Below are positions 9,239 through 19,204 of a stretch of 55,260 bases of DNA, piece by piece. The notes below the pieces were generated by a model, which was not told the DNA's origin, did no database searches, and was given only the letters and a program-made list of their open reading frames with translations. The stretch is from Oligoflexales bacterium (GTDB lineage Bacteria; Bdellovibrionota_B; Oligoflexia; Oligoflexales; CAIYRB01), in NCBI GenBank assembly GCA_041736175.1, contig JBGSUI010000109.1:1-55260 (forward strand). The letters are read 5' to 3'. Each line of letters starts with the position of its first letter. Position 1 is the first letter of the stretch. A program made the position numbers and the translations under genes.

Positions 9239-10570
9239 TTAGGCACGACCTACACAATAGTATTTCAAATCTAAGGCTTCAACCGCTCCCCGAGAGTATT
9301 GATTCCGGAAATCAAAGATCACTGCTCCGGGCAGCATCGAGGAACGCACCTTTTCCCAGTTGGGCCTTTTATACTCACTCCACTCGGTGATCAAGGCCAT
9401 TCCGTGGGCTCCCTTAAGGGCATCGTAGGCGGTCGGCGCAAAACTGAGACCCTTAAGTTGCCCAACCTCTTGGATAAAATTAGCCTGGGCCTCTGGATCA
9501 TGGGCCACCACTTTGGCACCTGCTTTAAGGAGTTCTTGGACGATTGTAATGGCAGGTGTTTCGCGCACATCGTCCGTTCCAGGTTTAAAGGCCAGACCCC
9601 AAAGGGCGATCACTTTGCCTTGGAGGGTATCAAAATGGGAGCGGATTTTTTCTGCTACAAAGCGCTTTTGATCTTCGTTGGCTTCGGTGACCGCCGTCAA
9701 AACTTTAAGTTTAACGCCATATTTCTGTCCAGTTTTAAGGAGCGCGGAGACGTCCTTGGGAAAGCAGGACCCCCCGTAGCCAGGTCCAGCGTAGAGAAAC
9801 TTTTTGCCAATCCGTGGATCAGCTCCAATTCCCATGCGAACCGAATCGATATTGCCACCCACTTTTTCACAAAGGCGTGCCAATTCGTTCATAAAGCTGA
9901 TGCGGGTGGCCAGCATTGCATTAGCGCCGTATTTGGTGAGTTCCGACGAACGCCGATCCATGACATAGAGCTTTCCTGGGTCATCGATAATAAAGTTGTG
10001 ATACATTGCTGCGAAGGTTTTTTGATCAGCCTCCGAGGTCACTCCCACAATAACTCGGTCGGGCTTCATAAAGTCATCGATTGCCTTGCCTTCTTTCAGA
10101 AACTCTGGGTTGGAGGCCACGGACACCCTATGGGTGGACTTGCGTTCTGCAAGTTGCTCCTTAATCACCTTTTCCACCTGATCACAGGTCCCGACAGGCA
10201 CCGTAGACTTGACGATCGCCAAAAGGTCTTGTTGGCAAAAGCGTCCGATATCCTTTGCAACTTCAAGGACATACTTTAAGTCAGCGGAGCCATCTTCGCC
10301 AGGAGGGGTCCCGACTGCTATAAACACGGCTGAAATATCGGATTGGGAAAGAGAAGACTTTAAATCTGTGGTAAACGTCAAACGCTCATGTTGGGTGTTG
10401 CGTTTGAGCAGGGTCTCAAGCCCTGGTTCGTAGATTGGAGGTTCGCCTAGGTTTAGCTTATCGATTTTAGCTTGGAGCTTGTCGACGCAGATCACAGTAT
10501 GCCCAACTTCTGCAAAACAAACCCCGGTCACAAGCCCGACATACCCGGTCCCAACCACAACTATTTTCAA
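9239..10570 (-). CDS. ugd: UDP-glucose 6-dehydrogenase
   Basis: GTGYVG, KSTVPVGT, NPEFLKEG, GYGGSCFPKD, GLAFKPGTDDVRE. Confidence 0.95.
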   Translation of the reverse strand: MKIVVVGTGYVGLVTGVCFAEVGHTVICVDKLQAKIDKLNLGEPPIYEPGLETLLKRNTQHERLTFTTDLKSSLSQSDISAVFIAVGTPPGEDGSADLKYVLEVAKDIGRFCQQDLLAIVKSTVPVGTCDQVEKVIKEQLAERKSTHRVSVASNPEFLKEGKAIDDFMKPDRVIVGVTSEADQKTFAAMYHNFIIDDPGKLYVMDRRSSELTKYGANAMLATRISFMNELARLCEKVGGNIDSVRMGIGADPRIGKKFLYAGPGYGGSCFPKDVSALLKTGQKYGVKLKVLTAVTEANEDQKRFVAEKIRSHFDTLQGKVIALWGLAFKPGTDDVRETPAITIVQELLKAGAKVVAHDPEAQANFIQEVGQLKGLSFAPTAYDALKGAHGMALITEWSEYKRPNWEKVRSSMLPGAVIFDFRNQYSRGAVEALDLKYYCVGRA

Positions 10571-10775
10571 ACCGAACCCTCCTTATTGGATCTTACCCGA
10601 TTTTCTTGCCATCCTGCCGACTGGCCTAACTCTACACCAAAATACCTTCCTTTAAAAAGATTTCTCAAAGCTAATTCCTTGGAACCACCCTAGCCCTTGT
10701 CGCCCTTTCGATGGTATACTTTTGGACAAGGAATTGTCTTTTCTTTTCCGGATATTATAAAAACACTGAGGGGAT

Positions 10776-11684
10776 ATGTCAGACGACAAAACCATCATTG
10801 CTGAGTCGCCCAGTTTTACCCAGACTCTGCTGCCCAAGCGCAAAAACGCCTGCTTGGTTCAATATAGTGGTTCAAAACTTGGGAAAAGATACCTCCTCTC
10901 CGAGCAGCAAAATGTCGTGGGTCGATCTCCTACCGTGCAAATCATCATCAACGAGGCCAGCGTCTCGAGACAGCATGCGCGTTTTGTATTGATCCCCGAA
11001 GGAGTTGGTGTCGAAGATATGGGTAGCTCCAACGGTACGTTTGTCAACGATGTAAGAACCCAAGGGGCGATCACCCTAAAGGATGGGGACATTGTTCGAC
11101 TGGGAACTGTATTGCTCAAGTTTTTTGCCCATGACAATGTCGAGTCCGTCATGCACGACAAAATCTATCGTATGGCTACGATCGATGCTGGAACCCAGAT
11201 TTTTAATAAGCAGTACCTCTTAGATACCTTGGAAGCTGAGTTTAAGTTCAGCAGAACTTATAACCGGGAGCTTTCCATCCTGTACTATGATCTGGACCAT
11301 TTTAAACCCGTTAATGATTCCTATGGGCATAATGCTGGCGATTTTGTCCTTAAAGAAAGTGCCACCCTGGTCAAAGCAACTGTCCGCAAAGACGATACCC
11401 TTGGCCGTTTTGGAGGCGAAGAATTTGTCATTATCCTCCCCAATACAGACAGTAGAATCGCAGCAGATTTAGCTGAACGCATCAGATCTAAACACGAGGC
11501 CCATGAATTCCTGATAGAGCTAGAGGATCAAGGCCAAAAGCGCAAAATCAAACATAGACAGACAATATCTATGGGCGTCGCCCAACTCAAACCCAATATA
11601 GCTACGCCTCAGGAGTTTCTGGAAATTGCCGACAAGAAACTGTACAACAGTAAGCAATCGGGCCGCAATAAAATCACAGTTTAA
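10776..11684 (+). CDS. FHA-GGDEF diguanylate cyclase (DgcB-like)
   Basis: FHA motifs GRS, VSRQHA, SSNGTFVN; GGEEF active site preceded by an RKDD I-site; short Thr-containing N-terminal tail. Confidence 0.9.
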   Translation: MSDDKTIIAESPSFTQTLLPKRKNACLVQYSGSKLGKRYLLSEQQNVVGRSPTVQIIINEASVSRQHARFVLIPEGVGVEDMGSSNGTFVNDVRTQGAITLKDGDIVRLGTVLLKFFAHDNVESVMHDKIYRMATIDAGTQIFNKQYLLDTLEAEFKFSRTYNRELSILYYDLDHFKPVNDSYGHNAGDFVLKESATLVKATVRKDDTLGRFGGEEFVIILPNTDSRIAADLAERIRSKHEAHEFLIELEDQGQKRKIKHRQTISMGVAQLKPNIATPQEFLEIADKKLYNSKQSGRNKITV

Positions 11685-11718
11685 AGCTTTAGGCTCCGAA
11701 AAAAAGGATGAAGTGATT

Positions 11719-12333
11719 ATGATTCCTTACCTCCCAAAAAGCACCCTAAGACAAATCCTTCTCACTGTTATTTGCTTTGCGGCTACAAGCTGCATCTATT
11801 CCGTCGAAGACGATATTAAAGTCACCCCTGCACCCTCGGAAGATTTGGACTTTGCCAAGGCCCTTTCAAATTCGACCCAATCACGGACGGTATTTAAGGA
11901 ATTTGAGACTCGGTACCAAGTCACGGCGACCTATTTATCTCCAGAATTTCGCGCTGCTTTTGCTAAAAGGATCGAAAAAGTTTATAAAAAATCTGACTTA
12001 AACCTCTCTGAAGCTGCAGAGAAAGCCGGTTTTTTTGTATCGATTCATTCCCCCGAAGACGACCGCGTCGACCTCACAAACCCACACCACTGGACCGTGG
12101 GTGTCGAAGATCCGACAAATTCCAAAGCATTATTTAAGCCCATCCTGATCAAAAGACTTAATGATAAGGAAAGGTGGCGAGCCTACTTTGAAAGTGTAAC
12201 GGACTGGACGGTAGAATACCTCGTGATCTTTGATATTCCGAGCACTAACGTCAACACATCCAAGCTATTAAACAAAAAAAACATCGTCCTTACCTTTGCA
12301 AACGCTGATGCCCAAGTATCTCTCATGTGGTAG
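11719..12333 (+). CDS. Uncharacterised lipoprotein
   Basis: Signal MIPYLPKSTLRQILLTVICFAATSC; start moved from 11626 to avoid overlapping the cyclase. Confidence 0.7.
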   Translation: MIPYLPKSTLRQILLTVICFAATSCIYSVEDDIKVTPAPSEDLDFAKALSNSTQSRTVFKEFETRYQVTATYLSPEFRAAFAKRIEKVYKKSDLNLSEAAEKAGFFVSIHSPEDDRVDLTNPHHWTVGVEDPTNSKALFKPILIKRLNDKERWRAYFESVTDWTVEYLVIFDIPSTNVNTSKLLNKKNIVLTFANADAQVSLMW

Positions 12334-12510
12334 ACATTATTAGTCTTGCAACATATAAAAACGATTAACAGTTTATACAAACCTACGTCTTCATAATAAA
12401 CATTATTTCGCATCAAATTTGACACCCCCCTTATAGCTCCTGATAAGATCTAAAGACAGGAAAAAAAATGCACGATCGTCGCCGATCCCCTCACTGCGGG
12501 AGACTAGGGA

Positions 12511-12978
12511 ATGTCGTACTTTAGGCAGCTGGACATTTTGGTCGAGTTGATCGATCTATGTCAGGACATCATCGCTGATTTAAGACAAAAGCTATGCTTT
12601 TATAGAGCTAGTGTTTACAAAAACGAAAACCATAATCAGATCCGAGCATCGATAGAGGATCTGGCTATGGTCCTTAAAATTCTTGGTGATAAGGATTTAA
12701 TGGGGTTCTGGGCAACTTTCCACTCTAATTTTCAGGACCCACCTCCCGACGGGGTGCAACACCTCCCACCTGGCGAATCCCATTTTTCGTTCCAACTAGG
12801 AATCTTTCTCTGCGGTATCGACCAAGCCCTCAATGACTACTACCACCAAATCACGGCTAAGACTGACCAAGGTACAGAATGGCTTGAAATGCTGGACATG
12901 ATTCGGTTTAACCGGCAGTCTCTGTTAGCTCTTTGTAAAAACAACAGTAAGCAATACCAAATTTTTCAGAGCCTTTGA
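12511..12978 (+). CDS. Hypothetical helical protein
   Basis: 155 aa ORF with AGGGA RBS; no motif recognised. Confidence 0.65.
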   Translation: MSYFRQLDILVELIDLCQDIIADLRQKLCFYRASVYKNENHNQIRASIEDLAMVLKILGDKDLMGFWATFHSNFQDPPPDGVQHLPPGESHFSFQLGIFLCGIDQALNDYYHQITAKTDQGTEWLEMLDMIRFNRQSLLALCKNNSKQYQIFQSL

Positions 12979-12996
12979 TCTGAAGGACCCCCACTC

Positions 12997-15300
12997 TTGC
13001 TTCTCTACTTATACCTTTTGCCATTTTACCTTGCCTCGTCAGTGATCCCCCTTTTGTCTGGAATTGGGTCTAACCTAGAATATGAATATGCCTTGGCCTT
13101 TTCATGGCTCTTTGTTTTGTCCATGCCAGTCGCTGGGCTTTTAGCACCCGTGAGGACTTTTCCACAAGATGATGGAACCTGGGACCTTAGCGCCTCACGG
13201 GAGTTTTTGTGGGTCTTTATGTTCAGCCCCCTGATACCCATGATTCCCGGGGCGCTTATGTTTTGGTCTAAAGCATGCCTTTGCTCCCCAAGCGGCTACC
13301 TATTGTGGATGATCACCCTTGGATACCCTGCTTGGATCGTCGGCCATGCCGTATTTTACGGTATCATAAGGGGCAGATCGGCGGCGTTCAAAAAGCGACA
13401 TTTAGGGCTTATCACCATCGGCTGCTATCTTGGAATCATCGGAGTCTCGTTAGGAATTTTGTGGATTTTCCCCCAAAAGAGAATAAATAATATATTATTT
13501 GGTTTTATCCATGGCCCTATCTATGATCACTGGATCCCCTTGGATCTGGGGATCATTCTCGTGCGAGTATCCTATGTCTTTGCTGGCGCCTTCTTTCTCT
13601 TTTGTTTTTGGTGGCGTAAACAATGGACGTTGGCTTTTTCAATCGTTGTCTGTCTTTTGAGCTGGATCTCGACGAGAATCCTCTCCCATGGCTACCCAAG
13701 CACACATAACTCTATGGCAACTCTCACCGATCATCTCGAGACCGCCCTGCCAGGCAATGGGTTTACACTCCATTACCGCAGCCAGCCGCAATCATCCAGC
13801 ACCGATGAACCTGAACGTCAACACTCCCGCAACATCAAAATCCTATTTCGAGATGCCCAATTCCATGTCAACGAACTCAGCAAAATTTTGCGAACGACCG
13901 GCGAGTTACCCCACGTACATATTTTTGTCTATCCTTCGGAAGAAGACAAAAAGCTGTGGTTTGGCGGCGGCTCTACGGATGTCACCGATGTGGTCACTCC
14001 CTCGATTCATATCGTCCTAGAAGACTTTCCTCACCCAACCCTGCGTCATGAACTGGTTCATGCCCTGGCCTCAGGTTATGGCTTTTATGGGCTTGGGTTT
14101 CACCCAAATATAGCCTTTACAGAGGGCTTGGCCATCGCCCTTGCCCCTTCCCCTGGAGATATCAGCCTCGATGATGGTGCTGCATCGATTTTAGAGTCGG
14201 GGCGGCTGAAAGATGTCTCCAATCTTTTTTCGGTGTTTTTTTGGAAAGAGTCAGGGTCACGAGCTTATAGCGTTGCAGGTTCATTTATTCGATTTTTAAT
14301 CGATCGCTATAGTTTTAGTGCAGTACAGGCCCTTTATAGCGGCGCATCTTTTGAAAAGGCAACCAACAAACCCCAGGATGCTCTTGTTAAAGAATGGAAA
14401 GACAAAATATTTTCGAGATATGACAAGGCCACTACAGGTCTTTACACAGAAGCCTTGTACCGGCAGGGTAGTCTTTTTCAAGACCGGTGCCCCCATAGCA
14501 AAAAAGATCTCGAAAAACCCCGGTCTAAAGGATTTTTCGCCAGAATCCGCCAACCACCGGGTTTTGATCCAGATCGGGACTACCTACCTTGGCTATTAAC
14601 TCTAGATCCCAAAGCTATCGACGTGCGCAGCAGGATTTGGCGACAAGAAATCAAGACCCTCACCCAAGAGAGATTCATAAAGTATGGGCGGTTAGAGACT
14701 TGGGTTGAAACACTCAAAAAGGCTCGGCTCGATCCACCTGAGACGCTTGAGGATATCGAACTCGCGATTCAGGAAAGTGACCTCCATCGATTTTTAGATC
14801 GTCCCCTCCAAAGTCTAGAGATCCTCAAAAAATTAGATGATTTTGCTAAAACCAAAAATATTGGTGATGGACTCAGCCGTTTCCTCAAGGTCAGGCTCCG
14901 GATAGAGGAGATGACAGGGCCCCTGGCACCCCAGTGGCGATTTTATTTTGCAGGATACACAAAAGGGATTCCCGATAAACAGCCTGTGGTTCAAGGACCA
15001 TGGCTTATTGTTTATCTAAAACTTCGCCGGGGTCCAGAGATCCCCTTTTCCAAAGACCAGCTCATAAGCCTCGTCCTCCAGCCCATCCCTACAGATCCAA
15101 CCTTACCCCAGCATTTTATCCGGGAGTATTACCGGATGCTAGGCAACCGCCTTATGGATCTTGAGGAATACCAAACGGCAGCCCTTGCCTTTACAAAGGC
15201 AAGCCAAGAATCCAGATCCCTGCACCAGGAACATCTCCTCGAACAGGCCCGCCGCGCCACCTACCACGCCACCCTTAAAGCTGATCCAAATAGTTTATAA
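12997..15300 (+). CDS. Polytopic membrane protein with a clan MA (gluzincin-like) zinc metallopeptidase domain
   Basis: About 7 N-terminal hydrophobic segments; LRHELVHA (HExxH) followed by FTEGLA and AYSVAGSFIRFLIDRY. Confidence 0.78.
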   Translation: MLLYLYLLPFYLASSVIPLLSGIGSNLEYEYALAFSWLFVLSMPVAGLLAPVRTFPQDDGTWDLSASREFLWVFMFSPLIPMIPGALMFWSKACLCSPSGYLLWMITLGYPAWIVGHAVFYGIIRGRSAAFKKRHLGLITIGCYLGIIGVSLGILWIFPQKRINNILFGFIHGPIYDHWIPLDLGIILVRVSYVFAGAFFLFCFWWRKQWTLAFSIVVCLLSWISTRILSHGYPSTHNSMATLTDHLETALPGNGFTLHYRSQPQSSSTDEPERQHSRNIKILFRDAQFHVNELSKILRTTGELPHVHIFVYPSEEDKKLWFGGGSTDVTDVVTPSIHIVLEDFPHPTLRHELVHALASGYGFYGLGFHPNIAFTEGLAIALAPSPGDISLDDGAASILESGRLKDVSNLFSVFFWKESGSRAYSVAGSFIRFLIDRYSFSAVQALYSGASFEKATNKPQDALVKEWKDKIFSRYDKATTGLYTEALYRQGSLFQDRCPHSKKDLEKPRSKGFFARIRQPPGFDPDRDYLPWLLTLDPKAIDVRSRIWRQEIKTLTQERFIKYGRLETWVETLKKARLDPPETLEDIELAIQESDLHRFLDRPLQSLEILKKLDDFAKTKNIGDGLSRFLKVRLRIEEMTGPLAPQWRFYFAGYTKGIPDKQPVVQGPWLIVYLKLRRGPEIPFSKDQLISLVLQPIPTDPTLPQHFIREYYRMLGNRLMDLEEYQTAALAFTKASQESRSLHQEHLLEQARRATYHATLKADPNSL

Positions 15301-15314
15301 ACTGCTCCTTGTCG
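15250..15314 (+). repeat. 65-bp perfect direct repeat, left copy
   Basis: cgccgcgccacctaccacgccacccttaaagctgatccaaatagtttataaactgctccttgtcg is identical to 19140-19204. Confidence 0.97.
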
Positions 15315-15554
15315 GCCTGGTGTCCATCCTTACAGACGATGCCGAGAAGCAATTATTGATCGTAACCGTCGTTGATGAGACCAAAACATGAATACAAAAA
15401 AACAATCACTTTTAACCAGATTGGGTTTCCGATCAAACTGATCAATTGCCCACATATCTTAGTCGAAGGCGAGCTTGTCCCCGACGTGAACTATGAGCAA
15501 CTCGAAGAGTTGATGTTTATCCGTTTACATTTTTGCGGGAATTTATTTTTGTAA
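15315..15554 (+). pseudogene. Remnant of a toxin-antitoxin pair (DUF4258-like toxin C-terminus plus truncated antitoxin N-terminus)
   Basis: LVSILTDDAEKQLLIVTVVDETKT* overlaps MRPKHEYKKTITFNQIGFPIKLINCPHILVEGELVPDVNYEQLEELMF, which ends without an HTH. Family resemblance from memory. Confidence 0.45.
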
Positions 15555-15700
15555 CATTGATCGATTTTGCCAATGATCATTTTCTGGACATAAGCCATAA
15601 GCGCAAGATTGATTATTATAGGAATTGGTATCTACCAGCCACTGCTTCCCAAAAAAATGGGGATTGATTTACCTATAGGCAATTGTCACGTGTATCATGC

Positions 15701-17053
15701 TTAGATACCGCACTTTTCGTTCTTTTGACTTTCGGCAACGTAGGCGTCAAGCATTGTCCAAATATTGAACATAGCAATTCCTTGGTCCGATCCATTTTTT
15801 TTCACCACCACGATATCTCCAGTTTTTTGAAGAAAATGCTCAGCTACGATGCTACTTTCGCCGATGTATATCGAGCCATTCTCGCCATTCTGAGGTACGA
15901 TGAAAGGTAGTTTTTTAGAATAATTTTTGGATACCAGGGAGATCTCGATATCCCGGCTTTCGCGTAGTCCAAGCACAAGTCTCGTATCTCGATCGATCAT
16001 CGGACCAAGACCCCAGGTTCGGGCATTAAGTTCGTTGTGATCGATGGAAACGCCGTTGCTGTTTATCGACTGGAGATATGCATTCACGCTATGGGGATCA
16101 TACCGACCGTTGAGATTTGGGCCGATGTCCATCTCAATCGTTTTTACCTCTTGAGAATTCACGTTCCAGATATCGAAGAATGAAACCATGTCTTGTGTCT
16201 TGCTACGAGAAGGATAGTTAACTTTTCTCAGGGTTGCAAACTGATCATCAGAGGTACGAAATAATTGCTCCTTTAAGTTCGAGTATTGAACATGTTCAAA
16301 TTTTTTCCGACCGATCATCTGAAGGCCATCTTTGGCGTCCCATTTCCATATGAGCCCATTAATGGGCCGTTTTGCGTTGCCCATTTCATTCCATGCGATC
16401 AGAAACGTATTATTGGCCAATTTTAAGATCCTAGCATTCGTGGGATTTGCCCACTGGGCACGCTCTTTTTTGGCGATTGTTTTTTGTGACACTGTGTCAA
16501 AAACACCCAATTCAAGCGATCCTGTGTTCAAATAAGCAACATATCTCTCACCGACTGGAGCCACTATAATATCGTAGGGCTGCCCAGAGACGATCGTTTT
16601 AAGGCTGATGAGACGGGTGCGTGCATCTCGGTCCTTGAGTACAAAAGGTAACTTCATAAAGGCAAGATAGTATTTGGCCAGATTTTCCTCAAAACGGGCC
16701 GGATCCTTTTTCTCGATCAGATCGAGAAACCAGGTGGGCCAGTAGCCAGTGACTTTTTGTTTAACGATCTTTTGCAAGTCTACGTCTGCCACGGGGAGTA
16801 TTTTATAGAGATTCCGCAGCGACATCTTTTCTAAAATCGCTTGACGGCAAACGCTATCGAGTTCAGATAATCGTTGCAAGAATTCGTCAGGATTTTTTTC
16901 TATGGACTGAGCGGAGCAAGCATCGGCTGATGAAGGCTCTGTGTTTGCGGATAGTAAGTAGCTGTCTATTCTTTTAACACAGGCAGAGTTACTCATAAAC
17001 ATCCAAAGAGATATCGCAGTTAGAAAACGAAAATTTATCAATTTTTTGGCCAC
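15701..17053 (-). CDS. Uncharacterised lipoprotein; paralogue of 4444-5766
   Basis: Signal ending SNSAC; CRQAILEKM...VTGYWPTWFLDLI...YYLAFMKLPFVL and PVGERYVAYLN align with 4444-5766. Confidence 0.75.
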   Translation of the reverse strand: MAKKLINFRFLTAISLWMFMSNSACVKRIDSYLLSANTEPSSADACSAQSIEKNPDEFLQRLSELDSVCRQAILEKMSLRNLYKILPVADVDLQKIVKQKVTGYWPTWFLDLIEKKDPARFEENLAKYYLAFMKLPFVLKDRDARTRLISLKTIVSGQPYDIIVAPVGERYVAYLNTGSLELGVFDTVSQKTIAKKERAQWANPTNARILKLANNTFLIAWNEMGNAKRPINGLIWKWDAKDGLQMIGRKKFEHVQYSNLKEQLFRTSDDQFATLRKVNYPSRSKTQDMVSFFDIWNVNSQEVKTIEMDIGPNLNGRYDPHSVNAYLQSINSNGVSIDHNELNARTWGLGPMIDRDTRLVLGLRESRDIEISLVSKNYSKKLPFIVPQNGENGSIYIGESSIVAEHFLQKTGDIVVVKKNGSDQGIAMFNIWTMLDAYVAESQKNEKCGI

Positions 17054-17106
17054 GGTTGAGATTCTTTACTTTTTCTTGTGTTTATATCTAAGACCAAAGC
17101 TTCTGC

Positions 17107-17122
17107 TGCAAAGAACGTACCA
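17107..17122 (-). promoter_or_regulatory. Putative sigma54 promoter
   Basis: Minus strand reads TGGTACGTTCTTTGCA, about 55 bp upstream of the 17053 start. Confidence 0.65.
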
Positions 17123-17294
17123 ATCTCGTATGTGTTAAGTGAATAGTGTGGGTGCCGAGCCCTTGTCTACGGGCGCAGGCCACACCCCAGGGCGAGGTCG
17201 AAGCAACAGGGAAGCCCTCTGAGAAAAACAAAACACTTGAGGGAAATAATGGACACTAACAATGAATATAGTCACTTAGCGCACGAGGTGGGCG

Positions 17295-18487
17295 TCATGG
17301 GCTGGAAGACTGCTCCTTGGCATAACCCTCAAGAGCTGCCGCGAAGGACCCAACAATATCGCTTTCTTTGCTTGGCAACCAAGGACGTGAGCTTTTCATG
17401 CATTTGTGTATTTTATTTAGTATTTCTATTTCGGGGGCAGCCAAGCGCGTTTTGCGGCGGCTTGCGAAGTACACTGACCCAAGTTCTAAGTCGCTACTTC
17501 GCAGATTTTCATAGCTGATTTCGGAGTATGAGTTAAAATGAAGAGAACATATGCTCGTAGCTATGTTTAATATTAAATGTTGGTTTAGCCCCTGATCTAT
17601 GGAGACGTTTAGACCTGCTAGTGTCCCATCTGCGCTGCCCCTATACTTGGTCATAAAGGCAGTATACGTCTCTCGAAAATTCTTCATGACCTGTCTTTCT
17701 GCATAAGTTGGAAAGCCGGCTTTTGCATTCTTGAGTAAATCCAAATTACCTTGATATGATATTATTAGGCCCATCGCCGAAAGTGGGCCAGGACCACAGG
17801 CAAACTTCATGGGTGGAGTCATGAGTTCAGTGACGATCCCAAAAAGCTTTCCCTCTAAATCCAGGAGGGCTCCACCCTTTTTCAAATTGACGCCACTTTT
17901 TTCCTTGATATAGAATTCCCTCCTCGAACTCCGGGAGACGACCTGCACATCATAGGTCTCTAGTCTGCCTTCTACGGGAACAGGATCTACATATTTCATA
18001 TCCACGAGTTTCTTTGGATCACGACGATCGTCGGAATCCAATTCAGAAAATTCAATGTCGAGAATGCCTTCAATTTTTGAAGCTAACTTATATATTTGAA
18101 TATAATGTTCTTTGCCGAAATCTTTAAAGTAAACAATATCTTGCTCTACGCGGTCGCCGCCGCCAAGACGAGTAGCTTTCTGCGCCTCGCGAAATAAACC
18201 ATTTTCCGATACAACTAGAGTTAGAGTCTCTGGCGCGGTCGTTTCTCGAGGATTAAGTAGTACAAGAACGGTATCGGGATTGACTATGACTCCGCTAACG
18301 ATCTTGCCATTTTCTAATCGAAACTGAGGAAAAGCCATTTGCTTTCTGTCTAAAGTATTGAGTAGCGATGAATTTCCTTCTACTCCTTTATGCCTAAGTG
18401 TCTTACGACACGAATTTATGAAAATTTGCAAACTTAGAAAAATTAGCAAACTTAAAAAAAGTAAATTTTTTTCTTAATAAATTTCAT
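17295..18487 (-). pseudogene. Lipoprotein with a degenerate trypsin-like domain; signal peptide frameshifted by 1 nt in a homopolymer tract
   Basis: ATG 18487 with AGGA RBS gives MKFIKKKIYFF*; one extra base in the A7 or T7 tract joins it to LSLLIFLSLQIFINSC of ORF 17295-18449. VSGVIVNPDTVL and KKGGALLDLEGKLFGIVT resemble trypsin motifs lacking His and Ser. Confidence 0.6.
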
Positions 18488-18566
18488 GTTTATATCCTAT
18501 TTTTAATATCAATGAGGCATATTCTGTCTGCCATGGAATGCCGAATTTCAGTGACAGATAAATATG

Positions 18567-18582
18567 TGCATTAAACGTGCCA
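18567..18582 (-). promoter_or_regulatory. Putative sigma54 promoter
   Basis: Minus strand reads TGGCACGTTTAATGCA, about 80 bp upstream of ATG 18487. Confidence 0.62.
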
Positions 18583-18961
18583 AGCTGTTGCTTAAAGCTT
18601 GGGCGTGCTAACCAGTAAGACCACAACCTGCATCTGCAAATAATCTTTGGGCCAAAGTGTGGAGATAGATGACGAAAATGCGTGCATTGGCGCGTGAGGA
18701 AATTGACTAAGGCTTCGCACAAAGCTGTCACCTTAACGCCTCGGGAAGCATGCCCGGCCAATGCCCCCAAGGGATTAGCAATGCCGGGGCTTAGACATTT
18801 GTCAAAAATTCAGTCAATTAACTCAAAAATAAAGTTAAATTAAAAATAAATTAAAATTATTTTTTTCAAAAAATATCAAAGTTTTGTTGACAAAAAAACA
18901 AACCCATCAAAAATCTTCCAAACATAAAAAAAGGAACATTGATGGGTATTAACGCTGAATA

Positions 18962-19139
18962 TGGACTCTTATCACCTACGGTAATCTTGGAATTTATGCA
19001 ATTGATGGCCATCAACTCACTCTGCCACTTACTAAAGATCTCTATGAAAAGGGTTACAGTGGGCGAAAACTCGAAAATGATATGGAAAGTCATACCCTAA
19101 AAGCTTACGTCGGGAATTGCTGTAATGTAATCTCCCAAA
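18962..19139 (+). mobile_element. IS4-like DDE transposase fragment
   Basis: Startless frame TYGNLGIYAIDGHQLTLPLTKDLYEKGYSGRKLENDMESHTLKAYVGNCCNV resembles the AIDG...L.LP first catalytic Asp region; it ends at the 65-bp repeat. Confidence 0.5.
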
Positions 19140-19204
19140 CGCCGCGCCACCTACCACGCCACCCTTAAAGCTGATCCAAATAGTTTATAAACTGCTCCTT
19201 GTCG
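19140..19204 (+). repeat. 65-bp perfect direct repeat, right copy
   Basis: Identical to 15250-15314; contains the stop codon of 19165-20868. Confidence 0.97.

Noticed and set aside
9299..10279. 326-aa + strand ORF and the many other antisense or nested ORFs in the track
   Set aside because: They overlap well-supported genes such as ugd, have no recognisable motifs and look like shadow frames.
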